This document shows, in pieces, positions 60,454-64,000 of a DNA stretch of 64,000 nt (position 1 is its first letter; each line of letters begins with the position of its first letter). Below the pieces are notes generated by a model. That model saw only the letters and a program-made list of their open reading frames with translations. It was not told where the DNA came from and did no database searches. A program made the position numbers and the translations under genes. This stretch comes from an uncultured Bacteroidota bacterium (lineage in GTDB: Bacteria > Bacteroidota > Bacteroidia > Flavobacteriales > Flavobacteriaceae). The stretch covers positions 48,009-112,008 of the forward strand of contig CACGNO010000001.1 in the NCBI GenBank assembly GCA_902574335.1, in the 5' to 3' direction.

Positions 60454-60637
60454 TTTTTGAATTTATTTTTTCTGAAATAATTAAAATTAAAATCATAACC
60501 ATTGCACAGAGACTTCCAATAATTCCAATAAGGGCAACCTTATTATCTTCTGACAGAAATGAATCATCAAAATCAAAGTAGAATAAGTTTATCAAAAGAA
60601 TAACAATTGATAATATTAGTCCAAAATATTTTAGCAT
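60440..60637 (-). CDS. Small 2-TM membrane protein (65 aa) downstream of nrdA
   Basis: Two hydrophobic helices separated by an acidic loop. Same strand as nrdAB, 18 nt downstream. Confidence 0.45.
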   Translation of the reverse strand: MLKYFGLILSIVILLINLFYFDFDDSFLSEDNKVALIGIIGSLCAMVMILILIISEKINSKIKGQ

Positions 60638-60655
60638 TAATGATTACGTATTAAA

Positions 60656-62359
60656 CTATCCCTCACAACTTTCGCAGTCTTTCTTTTGTTTGAATTTTTG
60701 AGCTGCGTTCATGCTGTGCTGATAGTACAAAGATTTCAATCCTAGTTTCCATGCCGTAACATGAATCTTATTAATTTCCTTTGTAGATGTGTCTGGGTGT
60801 ATAATTATATTTAATGATTGACCCTGATCGATATGGTTCTGCCTATTAGCTGCTTGATATATTATTGCCAGTTGATCAATTTCAGAGTATGTTTTAAATA
60901 CTTCTTTTTCATGGTCAGTTAAGAAATCAAGATCTTGAACTGAACCATCTCTGTCTCTTATTTCCTTCCAAACTTCAGGCTTGTCCATTCCTTTTGTTTG
61001 AAGAAGTTCTACTAAGAATGGATTTTTGATTGTGGTCTTTATTTTTGCAATATCCTTAACATAGATATTAGACCATATAGGCTCAATTCCTTGAGAAACT
61101 TGACCTAGTATAAATGCAGAAGATGTTGTTGGCGCTATAGCATTTAATGTTGTATTTCTTCTACCATAACCCTTCAATAGTTCTGGTTCTCCAAACTTTT
61201 CTGCTAGGTGTTTAGATGCTTTGTTTGAGTTCTCCTTTATTTTTTTAAAAACCTCGCTATTTAAATCGTAAGATTCTTGACTGTCAAAAGGTAGCATCTT
61301 CGATTGTAGTAAGGAGTGCCATCCTAGTACTCCCATTCCTAGTGCTCTGTTTTCTTTTGAAAAATTGTATGCTCTTTCCATAAACAGAAAGGTTTGTTGA
61401 TCATCTCTGTTATCTGAGTTTTTATAGGCTTCTAACTTTTCTAAAAATTCTGTGATTACAGCATCTAAGAAATAGATCATAGTTTCAACAGCATCAGTAT
61501 CCTTCCATTTATCATAATGCAAAACATTAATGCTTGATAAAACACAAACAAAAGACCAGTCATGATTAGAGGGTAGCATTATCTCTGTACATAAATTACT
61601 TGCATATATTGGTAACTTTTTGTCTTTGTATACATCAGCAGCTCCATTGTTTGCATTGTCTGTAAAGAAAATGTAAGGATATCCCATTTCACCTCGGCTT
61701 TGTAAAACTTTAGCCCACACGGTTCTCTTTTCATCATCACCATCAATCATATCCTGCATCCAGTCGTTAGTAACTGTGACACCATGAGTTAATTCTTGAA
61801 TTGGATTACCTTCGGTTCCTATTTCTAAAAACTCCATAATATCTGGGTGATCAATTGGAAGGTATGGTGAAAATCGTCCTCTTCTTACAGAGCCTTGACT
61901 TACAACATCAACCATGGATTCAAAAAGCCTCATGATATGTACAGCTCCAGATGCTTCTCCATTATTTTTTATTTCTGCACCTCTATGTCTAATTTTACCA
62001 AAATATCCAGAAGTTCCTCCTCCTAATTTTGACATCATGCCTACTTCAGATTGAGAATATAAAATGTTTCCAATGTCATCATCTATATGAGATCCGAAGC
62101 AGCTAATTGGTAGACCACGCTCTTTACCAAAGTTTGACCACACTGGAGATGCCAGGGAGTAAAAACCTTGTGACATGTAGTCATAAAACTTATCAGCAAA
62201 ACCAGGCATTTCAAGTAATTCTTCTGCTCTTTGAGCAATATTAGCAATACGCTCCTCTGCACTTAAACTATCTCCTAAATAACCAGCAGCAAGAAACTTT
62301 CTGCTGTTTTCATTTAGCCAATCAAATTTTTTAGTAGATGTAAGATTAGTTGTCTGCAT
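60656..62359 (-). CDS. nrdA: Class I ribonucleotide reductase catalytic subunit, short form without an ATP-cone
   Basis: 567 aa. Active-site ASNLCTEI and C-terminal redox pair CESCEG. The N-terminus starts directly with the catalytic barrel region. Confidence 0.92.
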   Translation of the reverse strand: MQTTNLTSTKKFDWLNENSRKFLAAGYLGDSLSAEERIANIAQRAEELLEMPGFADKFYDYMSQGFYSLASPVWSNFGKERGLPISCFGSHIDDDIGNILYSQSEVGMMSKLGGGTSGYFGKIRHRGAEIKNNGEASGAVHIMRLFESMVDVVSQGSVRRGRFSPYLPIDHPDIMEFLEIGTEGNPIQELTHGVTVTNDWMQDMIDGDDEKRTVWAKVLQSRGEMGYPYIFFTDNANNGAADVYKDKKLPIYASNLCTEIMLPSNHDWSFVCVLSSINVLHYDKWKDTDAVETMIYFLDAVITEFLEKLEAYKNSDNRDDQQTFLFMERAYNFSKENRALGMGVLGWHSLLQSKMLPFDSQESYDLNSEVFKKIKENSNKASKHLAEKFGEPELLKGYGRRNTTLNAIAPTTSSAFILGQVSQGIEPIWSNIYVKDIAKIKTTIKNPFLVELLQTKGMDKPEVWKEIRDRDGSVQDLDFLTDHEKEVFKTYSEIDQLAIIYQAANRQNHIDQGQSLNIIIHPDTSTKEINKIHVTAWKLGLKSLYYQHSMNAAQKFKQKKDCESCEG

Positions 62360-62362
62360 GTT

Positions 62363-63637
62363 TTAGAATAAATCGTCGCTTGTTATACTTTGGGTTCTTT
62401 TACTGTAATTTACAGATCTTTTAACAAAGAAATCTCCATGTTTTGTTCCAATGATTTCATCATCAAACCATTCAGTCTGTGAGACTAGATCTTCGTCAAT
62501 ATCGAATACTTTATCAATGCCAATGCTTTCTAGTGAGTTATTGAATCTGCTTTTCAGAAATTCATTAACGACTGCTTTTGGCAAGAAATCTAGTTCTCCT
62601 TTTTCAAAAATCCAATCAACAACATCTTTCTCTGCTTCAAAAGCTTCCATACACATCTTTTGAATGTTTTTGTGATATTCTTTTGTAAACCAGTCTGGAT
62701 TTTCTTTTTGAAGAATTTTTATTAGGTCAATACCAAAATCACCATGAATTTGCTCTTCTTTTGATGTGGCCTCAACTACATTAGAAATGCCTTTGAGCAT
62801 ATTTTTATGTTTATTGAATGCCATGATTATTAAGAATTGAGAAAACAAAGAGACATGTTCAATAAATAATGAGAATAAAAGAATAGATTCTGCGTATTCT
62901 CTATTGTCTTCACTTCTTGAATTTTTCAATGCAGTTTCTAGATACCTAACCCTTTTCATAATGGCTGGTTTCTTTTTAAGTTTTTTAAACTCATTATTTA
63001 AACCTAAAATTTCCAGTAGGTGGGAATAAGCATCTGCATGTCTAACTTCGCTTTCTGCAAATGTTGAACCTACTGAGCCGATTTCTGGTTTTGGGACTCT
63101 GTGGTACAGATCACCCCAAAATGATTTGACAGCTACTTCAATTTGAGAAATTGCCAACATTGTATTTTTGATTGCGCTTCTTTCTGTATCGCTCAAACGT
63201 GATTTAAAATCTTGGATGTCACTTGTAAAATTAAACTCAGAATGAATCCAATAAGAATGTCTTATAGCTGGGACATATTCATAAAGATGCGGATACTCGT
63301 ATGGTTTTAAGTTAATTCGTTTTTCAAAAAGATCGGTTTGTCTTTGTTGAGCTCTTTTATTTCTATATAATATATAGGCTTTAGCGGCTTCCTTAAACTC
63401 GCTTTCCATGAGTTGTGTTTCAACAACATCCTGTACCTCTTCAATTGTAGGCACATATTCTTGATCGTTCTTTTTTCTTTCAAGTAGTGTCTTATAAACA
63501 GACAATGCAACGTCTTGTGCACTATCCTTACTGCCTGATCCAACAGCAAGCATCGCTTTATTAATAGCTCCTGTAATCTTGTCCAAGTGGAAAGATTTAG
63601 TGCTGTAGTCTCTCTTGATGATATATTCTATCTCCAT
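62363..63637 (-). CDS. nrdB: Class I ribonucleotide reductase radical-generating subunit with an N-terminal ATP-cone fusion
   Basis: Residues 1 to about 95 have the ATP-cone pattern (IIKRDYSTKSFHLDKITGAINKA...AYILYRNKR). The ferritin-like R2 core follows, with ExxH motifs ESEVRHADAY and KEEQIHGDFG. Confidence 0.92.
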   Translation of the reverse strand: MEIEYIIKRDYSTKSFHLDKITGAINKAMLAVGSGSKDSAQDVALSVYKTLLERKKNDQEYVPTIEEVQDVVETQLMESEFKEAAKAYILYRNKRAQQRQTDLFEKRINLKPYEYPHLYEYVPAIRHSYWIHSEFNFTSDIQDFKSRLSDTERSAIKNTMLAISQIEVAVKSFWGDLYHRVPKPEIGSVGSTFAESEVRHADAYSHLLEILGLNNEFKKLKKKPAIMKRVRYLETALKNSRSEDNREYAESILLFSLFIEHVSLFSQFLIIMAFNKHKNMLKGISNVVEATSKEEQIHGDFGIDLIKILQKENPDWFTKEYHKNIQKMCMEAFEAEKDVVDWIFEKGELDFLPKAVVNEFLKSRFNNSLESIGIDKVFDIDEDLVSQTEWFDDEIIGTKHGDFFVKRSVNYSKRTQSITSDDLF

Positions 63638-64000
63638 ACTTATTTTAATAATTCTATAATTGATTGGTAAAAAAACGATTTTACACTAGTAAAGTTCTAA
63701 TTTATTTTACCCGCTTTAAAATGGACCTTATATAAGTTTTTAACAAAATTTTCAACATTTATTTTTTAGCACAAAAACGATTAAAATGTAAAAAAATCAT
63801 ATTAATAATGTACAAAATATTAATATAAATATACTTAAATAATGGACAACTAATTTATAAAATTATTTTAAACTTAAAGTTATGATTAATAGTTAATTAG
63901 ATAAATAAATATGAAATTTAAAAAGCATTTAATGTTTAGTTTTATTACAAAAAAATATAGGTTGTTTTAAACTAAAGTACATTACAAAAAAATTCATGAT

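Noticed and set aside
63638-64000. Possible regulatory elements upstream of nrdB: inverted repeat GTAAAA-N6-TTTTAC (63667-63684) and two copies of AAAAACGATT (63671-63680, 63774-63783). A possible NrdR box was also considered.
   Set aside because: The arms are short and pure A/T, so chance occurrence in this composition is high. There is no convincing match to the NrdR-box consensus, and no small ORF of credible length occurs in the 363-bp region.

Overview
This is a very AT-rich, tightly packed chromosomal segment. Its gene content points to a Bacteroidota/Flavobacteriia genome, probably a streamlined marine flavobacterium: two CarboxypepD_reg-type TonB-dependent receptors, a complete MoxR/DUF58/BatA-E aerotolerance operon, DUF3108, DUF1080, and an ileS / DksA-like / lspA neighbourhood. 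About 70 coding regions are supported. Nearly all are housekeeping: accBC, asd, alr, tdk, rsmI, pgi, uvrC, ileS, recO, gdhA, yicC, gmk, nadD, pheS, gpsA, nrdAB, ribE, pdxA and rpmF. I found no rRNA, tRNA, CRISPR array, transposase, integrase or recognisable defence/toxin module, and no convincing novel multi-gene system. The most unusual structure is a 102-bp direct duplication of the 3' end of a TonB-dependent receptor gene, differing only at synonymous sites. It brackets a 539-bp insert that carries a single acidic 127-aa ORF, just upstream of ileS. Other points worth a second look: (1) three unannotated tandem small membrane-protein genes below the ORF-track cutoff; (2) a lipoprotein with a Kazal-like Cys-rich domain; (3) a class Id-type ribonucleotide reductase with the ATP-cone on NrdB rather than NrdA; (4) +1 frameshifts at poly-A runs in the adjacent yicC and gmk genes; (5) helically phased repeat motifs upstream of accB and of the Bat operon; (6) several proteins that have lost canonical zinc-ligand residues (Tdk, DksA-like, an M23 peptidase). 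All functional calls rest on motifs read by eye from the translations. No database search was run.
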